Assembly (NCBI GenBank): GCA_963823665.1
Contig: CAWGMQ010000004.1
Span: forward strand, 480,001 to 544,000
DNA: 64,000 nucleotides
Reading direction: 5' to 3'
Source: an uncultured Planctomycetota bacterium
Lineage (GTDB): Bacteria; Planctomycetota; Planctomycetia; Isosphaerales; Isosphaeraceae
Shown here: positions 37,969 through 49,690 of the stretch, in pieces
How positions within the stretch are numbered: position 1 is the first letter of the stretch
Layout: every line of letters begins with the position of its first letter
Made by a program: the position numbers and the translations under genes
The notes under the pieces: model-generated
Seen by the model: only the letters and a program-made list of their open reading frames with translations
The model's database searches: none
Told to the model about the DNA's origin: nothing

Positions 37969-40900
37969 ATGTCGAAAAGATTCTGGAAGCGCTTTCTAGG
38001 CGGTAGAGGTATCGAAAGTCACCGACCCCGCTCGCACGTCTGGCTTCCTGTCCTAGAAACGCTGGAATTCCGAAGACTATTGGCGACGGCCTCATGGGTC
38101 TCCGCGACCAGCGGCTCCTGGGACGTCGCAAGCAACTGGAGCACCGACGCGGTACCAGGTCCAACCGACGACGTCGTGATCGATGTCTCGGGCGCGAGCC
38201 CAACTGTGACGATCGCCTCGAACGTCGAATCGGTGAACAGCATCACGGCCGACGATCCGCTGGTCATCTCCGGCGGCGGTTTGACGGTCGCGGCCAACTC
38301 GACGATCAGCGGCGGATTGACCATGACGGGCGGATCGCTCACGGCCGACGGCTCAGGAGTCAATGTCACCGTCAACGGGACGACGAGCGTCTCCGGCGCA
38401 AACCTCGGTGCGCAGGGCGGGGCGACGCTGAGTTTACCGAACCTGACGACTTATACCCAAGGCGGGAACGCGACTTTTGAGGCGACAGGTGCCAACAGCT
38501 TGCTCAACCTGTCGGCCCTCGCGACCGTGGGGTCGTTATTCGGTTGGACTGTCGACGCACTGGCCGGCGGCACGGTGAACCTGTCGGGGCTGAGTACGAT
38601 TGATGATCCCGGCGCCAACATTCATTTCGGAGCCAACGGCACCGGCAGTCAGCTCAACCTCTCGGCACTCACCAGCTTTACGGGCAGTAACGATACAGAT
38701 TTGGCGGTCACCGGCAGCGGCACGGTCACGGCGAGCGGCCTGACGACCTTCAGCGGTGTCCAGATCACGCTTGACGGCACCGGCGTGGTGGCTACCAGCC
38801 AGTGGGTGAGCTTGACCGGCGGTGGCAGCCTCACGGTGACCGGCGGTTCGTACTCGTTTCCAGACCTGACGGATGTAAGCGGATCGAGCCTCGTCGCCGA
38901 GGGCGGGGCGACGCTGAGTTTACCGAACCTGACGACTTATACCCAAGGCGGGAACGCGACTTTTGAGGCGACAGGTGCCAACAGCTTGCTCAACCTGTCG
39001 GCCCTCGCGACCGTGGGGTCGTTATTCGGTTGGACTGTCGACGCACTGGCCGGCGGCACGGTGAACCTGTCGGGGCTGAGTACGATTGATGATCCCGGCG
39101 CCAACATTCATTTCGGAGCCAACGGCACCGGCAGTCAGCTCAACCTCTCGGCACTCACCAGCTTTACGGGCAGTAACGATACAGATTTGGCGGTCACCGG
39201 CAGCGGCACGGTCACGGCGAGCGGCCTGACGACCTTCAGCGGTGTCCAGATCACGCTTGACGGCACCGGCGTGGTGGCTACCAGCCAGTGGGTGAGCTTG
39301 ACCGGCGGTGGCAGCCTCACGGTGACCGGCGGTTCGTACTCGTTTCCAGACCTGACGGATGTAAGCGGATCGAGCCTCGTCGCCGAGGGCGGGGCGACGC
39401 TGAGTTTACCGAACCTGACGACTTATACCCAAGGCGGGAACGCGACTTTTGAGGCGACAGGTGCCAACAGCTTGCTCAACCTGTCGGCCCTCGCGACCGT
39501 GGGGTCGTTATTCGGTTGGACTGTCGACGCACTGGCCGGCGGCACTGTGAACCTGTCGGGGCTGAGTACGATTGATGATCCCGGCGCCAACATTCATTTC
39601 GGAGCCAACGGCACCGGCAGTCAGCTCAACCTCTCGGCACTCACCAGCTTTACGGGCAGTAACGATTCAGATTTGGCGGTCACCGGCAGCGGCACGGTGC
39701 TCGACGGCAGCCTGACCAGCCTGAACGGCACCAACTTGACCCTCGACGGCACGGGCACGATCGCCACCTCGCAGATCACCAGTTACACCAGCGGTACGCT
39801 AACCTTCAGTAACGGCACGTTAGATATGCCAGGTCTGACTGACGCCGCCGGATTAACCTTCAACATCAGCGGCGAGACCACGCTGCAATTGAGCTCCCTC
39901 GCCGGCGCGACGTTGGACGCGACCGGCGGAACGATTACTCTGCCGGGCCTCACGAACGCCGACGGGTCCGCCATCAATGTCAGCGGCGGCGCGAGTCTCG
40001 CTTTGCCAGCTCCCACTGAATTCACTGGAGCCGGTACAACCGCCGCAGTCAGCGGCAGCGGGTCCTCAATCTCGATAGGAAACGGGATTGTCACCTCCAT
40101 ACCGAACTCTGGGACGGACGTCGTACTCAACGTTCCCCAGTTTCCTCAGGGCATGGCCCTCAATTTCGATCCGACCGGCACGTTCACGGGCGAAACGACC
40201 TTCAACGTCGGTACCGACGCGACCGTCGACATTGCAAGCGGGACTTTCAGCGGTGGCGTCACCGGCAACTTGGCCCAGGGTGGCGTTCTCGACCTCACCG
40301 GTGGCCAGACCATCACATACTCCGGAACCCTCACGGGTTCAGGGAGCGGAACAGTCCAGTTGAACAGCGGCACATTCGTCGTCGGTATCGGCGGCGTCAC
40401 GTTGAACTTCCCCGGCAGCATGTTCCAGTGGACCGGCGGCGAAATCGACGGAGCAGGAGGCCTGCTGACCAACCAGGGTACCATGAACCTGGCCGGTCCC
40501 AATGAGAAGCAAATCTACGCCGATGGCACCCTCGATAATTTCGGAACCATCATCCAGACTGGCGCCGGCGACTTTGGCCTGCACAGCGACAACCAAGTCG
40601 CCCACCACGCTGAATAACGAGCCAGGCGGCCTTTATCTCATCGAGTCCGACGCCGGTGTGAACAACGAAGGCCTCGGCGATAACGTCATCAGCAACATGG
40701 GCACCATCCGCAAGACGGCGGGAACCGGGACGTCGACCCTGGATATCCCCGAGCAAGGGTCTTTGAGCAATACCGGAACGATCGAGGCCGACTCGGGAAC
40801 GTTGTATCTTGAGGCGACCACGATCGACCAGGTCTCTGCGGGAACGCTCTCCAGCGGCACCTGGAGCGCCCTCGGCGGATCGACCCTTGAATTCCCCAGC

Positions 40901-43900
40901 GGGACCTCGATCACCGCCAACCAGGCGAATATCACGCTCGACGGCACGGGCGCGACGATCACGGCTCTGGTTGGCCTCTCGTCGAACAGCGGCGGTTTCA
41001 GTGTCACCAACGGCGCCACCTTCTCCACCACTGGCGGCCTCAACAACACCGGCGGCTTGACGATTGGCGCCGGCAGCACGTTGACCGTGAATGGCAAGTA
41101 CGCGCAAGGCACCGCCGCTTCACTCACGATTGGCATCGGGGGCGCCTCGTCGGGCAATGAGTACGGCCAGCTCAACGTCACAGGAGCTGCCACGCTCGCC
41201 GGATCGGTGAATGCCTCAATGGCCAGCGGCTTCACTCCTACAGCCGGGAATAGCTATCCGATCGTTACCTACGCCAGCGAGACTGGCGCCAACAGCCTTT
41301 CGTTCACCGGCGTCAACAGCGGCAGCCTGTCCATCTTCCAGCCGGTCGTTGGCCAAACCAGCATCGTGCTCAACACCACCGTCAGCCCCGCCAACCTTGT
41401 CGTGCAGCCGTTCACTGTCCCAGCGAACGCCGTCGTGGGCCAGAACCTCACGGTGACGTACCAGGTCGACAACCAGAGCGACAACGCCGTGACCGGCACC
41501 TGGACGGACTCGGTTTACCTGTCGACGCAGACGACGCTCAATTCGAGCTCTGTCCTTCTTGGCCGGGTGCAACAGACCGGCGTCGCAGCAGACGGCCAAT
41601 ACTCCCAGACGGTTACAGCGCCGGTGCCTGGTCTGGTGCCGGACGACTACTACGTCATTGTCCTCGCCGACAGCCTTGGCCTCGTGCCGGAGCTCAACCG
41701 CGCCAGCACGGAGCTGGCGTCGACCAGTCCCGTGCAGGTCACGCTGCCCACGCTCGCGTTGGCAAGCCCGATATCGGGCACGATCGCCAGCGGACAGAGC
41801 CTCTATTATCAACTCACACTTTCGGCCGGCCAGGATGTCGCGATTTCCGCCAACTTCGCGGCGCTGCAAGGCGGCGAACTCTATGTCGGGTACCAGAGCA
41901 TCCCATCGAGCAGCACGAACCTGGTGTCGTCGACGTCGCCAACGCAGACCACACAGCAGGTCGTCATTCCCGACACGCAGGCTGGCACGTACGACATCCT
42001 CGTCCAGGGCGATACCGGCTCGGGGACCGGAGCATCATTCACGCTCTCGGCGCAGACCTTGCCGCTCCAAGTCGCCAGCGTTGGCCCGAACCAGGCCGGC
42101 GATTCGGGGACGACCACGCTGACCATCCAGGGCGCCGAGTTCACCGCCGGGACGACGGTCAGCCTCGTTCCGCACGGCGGCGGCACGGCCATCATGGCGA
42201 ACCAGGTGACGTTCCAGTCCAGCACGACCTTCTTTGCACAGTTCAATCTGGCGGGGGCGGCGCCGGGGAGTTATGACGTCGATGTCACGAGCGGCGTTCA
42301 GAAGGCAACTGACCCCTCGTCGTTCACCGTGACGAGCTCGGCAACGCCAGGCCATGTCACGTACAACCTGAGCATTCCGTCGATTTCGCGCCCCGGCCGC
42401 ATCGCCTATCTCTCGCTCTCCTACGGCAACAGCGGCGGCTCCGACGCGCTGGCGCCACTCTTTGTACTGTCGGTCACGAGCGGCAACGCCACGATCGGAC
42501 TGCCGGGGGAGACCAGCTTCTCGGGATCGAGCGTTCAGGTGCTTGGCATCGAAAACTCCGGGCCGGCCGGCACGCTGCCGCCCGGTTTCCAAGGGACGCT
42601 CTTGATCCCTTATGAATCGACCACCCTCACGCAGGGCGCTTCGATCCAGTTCAGCTTGCAGATCTTGACCGGCGACAGTACGGCGATGAACTGGTCGTCG
42701 CTGGAATCGAGCCTCCAGCCGTCGTATATACCGAATGCCGCCTGGTCGGCCGTCTTCGCCAACCTGATCGCGGAGCTCGGTTCGACGACCGAGAGCTACC
42801 TGAGCTATCTCGACAACGAGGCGACGTACCTGAGCCAGCTCGGCGAATACACCGACGACGTTCAGCGCCTGTTTGGCTTCGCGATCAACACGGCCAACGA
42901 CGCACTCACGACCGGAGCGATCGATTCGGTCACCGACGCCTCATTTCCCGTCCCCGGTGCGATCCCGCTCGATTTCGTCCGCCAATTCAACGCCTCGATC
43001 TCAGGCCGCGACACGATGGGGCCGTTTGGCTACGGATGGACCGACAACTGGCAGATCAGCGCCAGCGCCGATAGCGCGGGCAACGTCACGATCAGCGACG
43101 ACGGCTCGCTTTTGTACTTCGCGATCAACTCCAACGGCGGGTACACGCCTGCCCCCGGCGATTACGGCACGCTCACGCTGACCAACGGCGCCTACCAGTA
43201 CGTTGAAACCGACGGCACGATCATCGCGTTCAACACGAATGGCTCGCTCGGTGAAGAGGAAGACACCAACGGCAACCGGATCACGGCCGGATATAACGGT
43301 AGCGGCGACCTCACCAGCCTGACGGCTTCCAACGGCTCGGCGACCACGATCGACTACAACGCTCAGGGCCTGATCAGTTCGATCACCGAACCGGGCAATC
43401 AGTCGAACACGTACACCTACGATTCCAGCGGCCAGCATCTGCTCACGTTTACTGATGAATTTGGCATGACGACCTACACCTACGCGACCGGCCCGACCGC
43501 GGCGGATGCCAACGCCCTGACCTCACTCACCTTCGCCGACGGCACCGGCATCGAGTGGTCGTACGACGCCCAAGGCCGCATCGCGACCACCGGCCGTCTC
43601 AACGGCTCGGGGCCTGATGCCGAGGTTGAAACCTACGCCTACCCGGCTCCGGGCGGCTACAGCGTCACTGATGCCGACGGCAACACGACGACCCATCTCA
43701 TCGACGATGCCGGCAATTGTTGCACAATTATCGACCCCATGGGCAACATTACCGAGTATGTCTTCGACGCTAACGATAACTTGGTCAAGATCGTCGCCGC
43801 CGATGCGGCAACCACGACCTATACCTACGACGCCAATGGTAACGTGACCGGCGAGACTGATGCCCTCGGTAACACGATCGAATTCACCTACAACCGGTTC

Positions 43901-46900
43901 GCCGAGCCATTGACCCTTGTGAACCAGGAGGGTTATACCACCAGCTACCAATATGACCAATACGGCAACCTGCTCGAGCAGACGAACCCCGACGGTACGA
44001 CTCAGCAATATGTGTACAATGACCTGGGTGAAGTGATTTCTTCGACCGACCCCGACGGCCAGACAATCACCTACACCTACAACACTAACGGCCAACTCAC
44101 GGCTGAAAACATGCCCAGCGGCACGTCAAATACTTATAAGTACGATGCCGATGGCAACATGCTCACCGCCGACGGCCCCGGCGGCGACTGGTCGTTTACC
44201 TATGACAGGCAAAACCTGCCGACGACGATTGTCGAGCCGTACGGCACGCTGACTGTTCAGTATGGAATTGACGGCAACGTCACCCAGATCGTCGACCAGA
44301 CCGGTTTCACGGTCAATTACGAGTACAACTCCGGGGGCCAGCTTAGCGAGATGACCGGCACCGGTGGCGACCTCATCGAGGCGTATACCTACGACCCGGC
44401 CGGAAACGTGATCAGCGAGACGAAGGGTAACGGGACGAGTACGGACTACCTGTACAATGCCGATGGCGATGTCACCGAGATAACCAACCTCGCGCCGGGC
44501 GGCTCGGTCAACTCGCAAATGACGTATGCCTATAATGTAGTCGGCGATGTCGCCTCAATGACGAGCGGCGATGTGACCACGACCTACGGCTACGACGCCG
44601 ATGGAGAATTGACCTCGGCCTCCTCACCAGTCGACACGATCGTCTACGCCTACGACCCCGACGGCAACCGAACCTCGGTTACCGATAACGGTGTCGTTAC
44701 CGATTACACGTCGAATAGCATGAACGAGTATGCCCGGGTCGGCGATACGTCCTACCAATACGACGCGAACGGCAACCTGATCGCTGCGACGACGAATGGC
44801 GAGACCACCACGTACACATTCAACGCGCTCAATCAGCTCACCGGAGTGAGTGGTTCGACCGGCACGTACTCGTACACGTACGACGCTCTGGGCTACCAGA
44901 TCTCTGCTACCGCCAACGGCCAGACGACGAACAACCTGATTGATCCCTTCGGGCTGGGGAATGTCGCCGCACAGTTCGACGGTTCGGGGAACTTGATCGC
45001 CCATAATACCTATGGCCTGGGGCTGGTCAGCCAGGTCAGCGTAAGCGGAACATCGTATTACTACGATTACAACCTCCAGGGCTCGACGGTTGGGATCACG
45101 AACGCGGCAGGAGTGTACGTGAACCAATACAGCTACGATCCGTTCGGGCAGGTCACGACGATCAGCGCGGGGATTGCGAATCCGTATACGTTTGTTGGGC
45201 AGGATGGGGTTTCGAGCGATGGAGACGGGCTCGTTTACATGAGGGCTCGGTATTTTGACCCGAGCACGGGGCAGTTTACCTCGGAAGATCCGCTCGGACT
45301 CGGTGGGGGCATTAACTTTTTCAGGTATGCCGGAAACAGCCCGACGGTTGCCGTCGACCCTTCCGGCCTCTGTCCATGGGAATTCTGGAAAGGGCATCCG
45401 GTTAATGGATTCCAATTCGGGGGCCCGACTCACTTCGTCGGTGTCTCTTTCGGACTTTCAAATGGTGTTTCCCTCGGTTTGCATGCAGGCGCTGGCGCGG
45501 GAGTCAGCGCGAGCGCGGGTTGGGGGGGTATAGCAAGTCCTGCTGCCCTTAATGTTCCCGTAGCGTGGCCCGTTCCCGCAGTTGTTAGCGGCGGTGCCGG
45601 TGTCTGGGGCGGGGCCGGAGCGGGGGGTAGTGCCGGTACGTCCTTTGGACTCAGTTCGGGTTACAGCTACGGACAGACTCTTGGATTTCAGGTCGGTTGG
45701 GGGTGGGACGGCGATGACGCCAACAACGACTCAAGCCCCAGTTGCCCCAACCCAACTCCGACACCCACGCCGACTCCGACGACCCCTTGTTGCGGTGGCG
45801 GAGGCGGCGCCTCCAACAATCAAGTTTCGCACGACCCCAACGACCTGATCGGCCCGGGCGGTTACGGTTCGGTCGAATTCATTACACCTGGTGGCGCGCT
45901 CCCCTACACGATCGAATTCTCCAACGAGAAGACCGCCCAGGTCCCTGCGGACAACGTCACCGTCACCGAGCAGCTCAGCCCGAACCTCGATTGGAGTACG
46001 TTCGAGCTCGGCACGATCGGGTTTGGCAGCTACGTCGTCAACGTGCCACCGGGCTTGACCTCGTACAGCACGCGGTTCGACGCGACGTCCACGCTCGGGG
46101 TGTACGTCGACATTGACGCGAGCCTGAACCTGAGCAACGGGTTGCTCACAATCACGTTCGCGTCGCTCGATCCCGATACGCTCGACACGCCCGCCAACCC
46201 GCTCGTCGGGTTCCTACCGCCCGACACCGATCCGCCCAACGGCGAGGGATACATTAACTATACTGTCCAGCCCAAGGCCGGGCTCGCCACCGGCGCCACG
46301 CTCGATGCCCAGGCGAGCATCGTCTTCGACACCAACGCGGCCATCGCAACGCCTCAGGTCGTCAATACGATCGACGCCGGGCCGCCGACGAGCACCGTCA
46401 CCGTGCTCACCTCAACCACGACAACTCCCAGCTTCCCCGTCTCGTGGTCCGGCGCCGACGGCGCAGGACCGGGTATCGCCTATTACAACGTCTACGTCTC
46501 CGACGACGGCGGTGCTTACACGCTCTGGCAGTCGGACACCACGGCCACGTCGGCGGCCTACACCGGCCAGGTCGGTCATACCTACGGCTTCTCCAGCGTG
46601 GCCACCGATTACCTCGGCCTCGTCCAGCCGGGGCCGAGTCCCGCCCAGGCGACGACGACGGTGACCAACACCCCCACGCCGGCTGTCCTCCAGTTCGACT
46701 CGGCTCAGTTCACGGCCAACGTGACGGCCGGTTTGGCGAATGTCCAGATCGACCGCTCGGGCAACGTCGGGGCAACCGTCACCGTTGTCGTGTCCAGTTC
46801 TGGCGGGCCCGATGTCGCGGCGTTCTCGCAAACCGTTTCCTTCGGTCCCAACGTCTCCAACCAGTCTGTCACCATACCGATCATCAACGACGACCGGGCC

Positions 46901-47572
46901 GGAGAGAGCGATGTCGACATCCAAATAGCGCTGTCCTCCGCCGGTACTGGAGCAACGCTCGGCTCAATCCAATCGACAGTCCTGGTGATCCACGACAACA
47001 ACCCGTCACCACCACCCCCGCTGGTCATAGTGGAGTCGTTGCAGGTGGAAAAGATCAAGGTCGGCAAGGGGAAGAAGGCGAAGAAAGAGACCGTATTGGT
47101 CCTCCAGTTCAGCGGAGCACTCAACGCCGGTGCCGCTGATAATGCCAACGCCTACGAGCTCGCGCCGGTAATCACGGTCAAGGCCACGGGGAAGGGCAAG
47201 CACAAAAAGCCGCCTACAACCACGCTTGGCACATCCGTGAAGCTGGCCTCGGCGGTCTACACTAGCAACCAGGTGACGCTTACGCCGCGGGGCACGCTTA
47301 ACCTGGCGAAGCCCGAGGAGCTGATCGTCAAGGCCGCACTCGTGACCGACACCTTGGGCCGTCAGATCGACGGCAACGACAACGGGCAAGCCGGCGGTAA
47401 CTACATCGCAACCATCAGCGGAAGTCGAGTGACGGTTGGCGGGCTACCCCTGGCACGAACCCAGAGTCGGCCGGCCAGCGTCGAAGACACGATCGACGCC
47501 GTGCTCGCTCGTAGCGGGCTGGCCGAACTGACTCGCTCCCTCCACGCCCGCCGCGAGGGGCCGGATGTTTGA
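37969..47572 (+). CDS. Giant secreted RHS/YD-repeat protein (beta-helix-like repeats, CARDB/PPC/IPT-like domains, RHS core, further C-terminal domains), interrupted by a +1 frameshift near 40596
   Basis: ORF 37969-40617 plus ORF 40502-47572; LETLEFRRLLA export-type motif; many YTYD..GN repeats; YMRARYFDPSTGQFTSEDPLG...SPTVAVDPSGL; SHDPNDLIGP domain; Calx-beta-like region. Confidence 0.85.
38414..39699 (+). repeat. 486-bp in-frame tandem repeat (about 2.6 near-identical copies, 162 aa)
   Basis: AGGGCGGGGCGACGCTGAGTTTACCGAACC starts at 38414, 38900 and 39386. Confidence 0.95.
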
Positions 47573-47655
47573 GCGGGAGGGCAGATACACTCTGTAGAAC
47601 GCGGCTGAGACGTCGGAGACTGATAACTTTCGTCCAGAAACAGAGGGCAATAGCC

Positions 47656-49470
47656 GTGAATCCGAGGCGAGTGTTCTTGATCACCGTTTCCTTCATCGTC
47701 GCATGCCTCGCTAGCCGACACGCGCGGGGCCAACAGAACGCACCTATGCCCACGATCATCGGGGCCTGGAAGGGTATCCAAAACGCGGATGAGCGCATCG
47801 AGTTCTCGGGAGATGACACGGCTAGAGTATCCGACCTACAAGGGCTGCCGGTGGCTCAGGGGATCTACACCTTCACGGACTACAGGGGCAACCCCGACCA
47901 CAAGATGACTGGCATCCTGGAGATCAGGCTCAACCGCCCGGCGGGTTCGCGGAGGGATTACCGGGTCGGCCTGCTCGCTGAGTCCCTGCTCATTCTTCTG
48001 GACGCTGGCAGTAACGCCAGTGTTTACCAGAGGATTGTCGGCCAGCAGATCCCGAAGACGATGAATGTACGCGCATACCCTAGGTGGATTGTTGGCGACT
48101 GGATTATGCCCAGCGAGACGCGCAAGACGATTTCGCTGCTTGACGACGAGTGGAAGACCCTCCTTTACGATCCCCGTTTTGTAGGCGACGCGGCCGAGCC
48201 CGACGACCGGAAGGGATTCTACGTTCTGAATGGGGACAGGCTCGAACTCACGACGAGATTCCGGGGAGCGCCCCTCACGCTGAAGTATTCAATCATCACA
48301 GACGGCCAGGCTCTGATTCTCATCCAAGACGTCCCTGTCCTGACTGCGATCTTCGTCAGACGACTTGAGCGGCCCGCCGCGAGGTACTACAACTCCGGCA
48401 GAGTCTGGTCGGAGAAGAAGGAGTACGAAAAGGCCATCGCCGACTACTCCGAGGCGATCGGGCTCGACCCGAAACACGCCGGTGCCCACAACGGCCTCGC
48501 CTGGATCATGGCGACCTGCACCGACGCGCGCTACCGTGACGGCGGGAGAGCCGTCGAATTAGCGAAGAAGGCATGCGAGCTGTCGGAATGGAACGATCCA
48601 AACATTATCGACACACTCGCCGCCGCTTATGCCGAGGCCGGCGACTTTGACGCGGCCGTCAAGTGGGAATCGAAGGCGATTGAATTGCTCGGCGACGGGA
48701 AAATGAAGGACGACTTGCGCTCGCGCCTTGAGCTTTACCGCGAGCGCAAACCGTACCGCGAGACTGTTTCGGCAGCGCCTCTGCCCCGCAACGTGGCCGG
48801 CATCGATGCCCTGGTGCGGGGACTCAAGAGCAGCGACGTAGGGGAGCGCGTGGGGGCCGCTTTGTCCCTCAAAAAGATGAGAGCTTCCGCAAGGGCGGCT
48901 AGGCCAGCACTTGAGGAAATGGCGAGGAATGACCCCGAGGTGGCGCTACGCGAATTGGCGAAGGATTGTCTGGCTGTTATTGGGGAAGTAACGCCTCTCC
49001 GAAGTGTGGTCCATATTGAGGCAGTCAAGCCGACAAAAGTCGAAACACCCAAGCCGATAAAAATCGAAATCCGCAAGCCGATAACGATCCATATCGAGGA
49101 CCCCGTCGCGAAAGCCAAGGAGAAGAAGCGAAAGGAAGTGGGCGGCGACCTCTACTCAGTGGTCACCATTCATATCAGGGCACCAGGTCCCATTAACTAC
49201 GAATATCGATGGGGCAATGGCGAGTGGCGACCAGGCCACCTTGATCCCGATAAAGGGCGCTCGTATTCGCACAGATATAAGTTTGTTAACGAGCATAAGT
49301 CGCCGTCGTTTGAAGTCAGGTTTGATCGAAACGTTTCGCCGAACAATGCGTGGATAGTCTACAGACTTGAACGCAATCCTTCGCCATCCACGAATCCCGA
49401 CTTCGGGCGGCGCTATGACTTCCAACAGTCTGAGCCAGATCCTAAGTATATAGTTCTCAAGAAACGTTGA
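47656..49470 (+). CDS. Secreted multidomain protein with TPR and HEAT-like repeats
   Basis: Signal-peptide-like MNPRRVFLITVSFIVACLASRHARG (GTG after AGAGGG); EYEKAIADYSEAIGLDP and DTLAAAYAEAGDFDAAVKW; HEAT-like ARPALEEMARNDPEVALR. Confidence 0.75.
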   Translation: MNPRRVFLITVSFIVACLASRHARGQQNAPMPTIIGAWKGIQNADERIEFSGDDTARVSDLQGLPVAQGIYTFTDYRGNPDHKMTGILEIRLNRPAGSRRDYRVGLLAESLLILLDAGSNASVYQRIVGQQIPKTMNVRAYPRWIVGDWIMPSETRKTISLLDDEWKTLLYDPRFVGDAAEPDDRKGFYVLNGDRLELTTRFRGAPLTLKYSIITDGQALILIQDVPVLTAIFVRRLERPAARYYNSGRVWSEKKEYEKAIADYSEAIGLDPKHAGAHNGLAWIMATCTDARYRDGGRAVELAKKACELSEWNDPNIIDTLAAAYAEAGDFDAAVKWESKAIELLGDGKMKDDLRSRLELYRERKPYRETVSAAPLPRNVAGIDALVRGLKSSDVGERVGAALSLKKMRASARAARPALEEMARNDPEVALRELAKDCLAVIGEVTPLRSVVHIEAVKPTKVETPKPIKIEIRKPITIHIEDPVAKAKEKKRKEVGGDLYSVVTIHIRAPGPINYEYRWGNGEWRPGHLDPDKGRSYSHRYKFVNEHKSPSFEVRFDRNVSPNNAWIVYRLERNPSPSTNPDFGRRYDFQQSEPDPKYIVLKKR

Positions 49471-49690
49471 GCAGGCGAAGACGAAGGAGCAGCACGCGAA
49501 GCGGATGAGCGCCTCACGAGAGACGTTGTCGGTAAGTCTGAGCATGATCGCACAGACGAGCTAGTAATGGTCGCATCTTCGTCGCTCCGGGGGGGGGTCG
49601 TCATGCGGTTTTTCGGATAATTCGGCTATAACACGGGTCCTGACGCCTGTTTGTCCTCTAGGATTTGACTGAAGCGCACAAGGCATTCAA

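Noticed and set aside
37969..47572. T6SS-delivered Rhs toxin-immunity pair
   Set aside because: No PAAR/VgrG, an N-terminal export-type motif is present, and no small immunity-like ORF follows.
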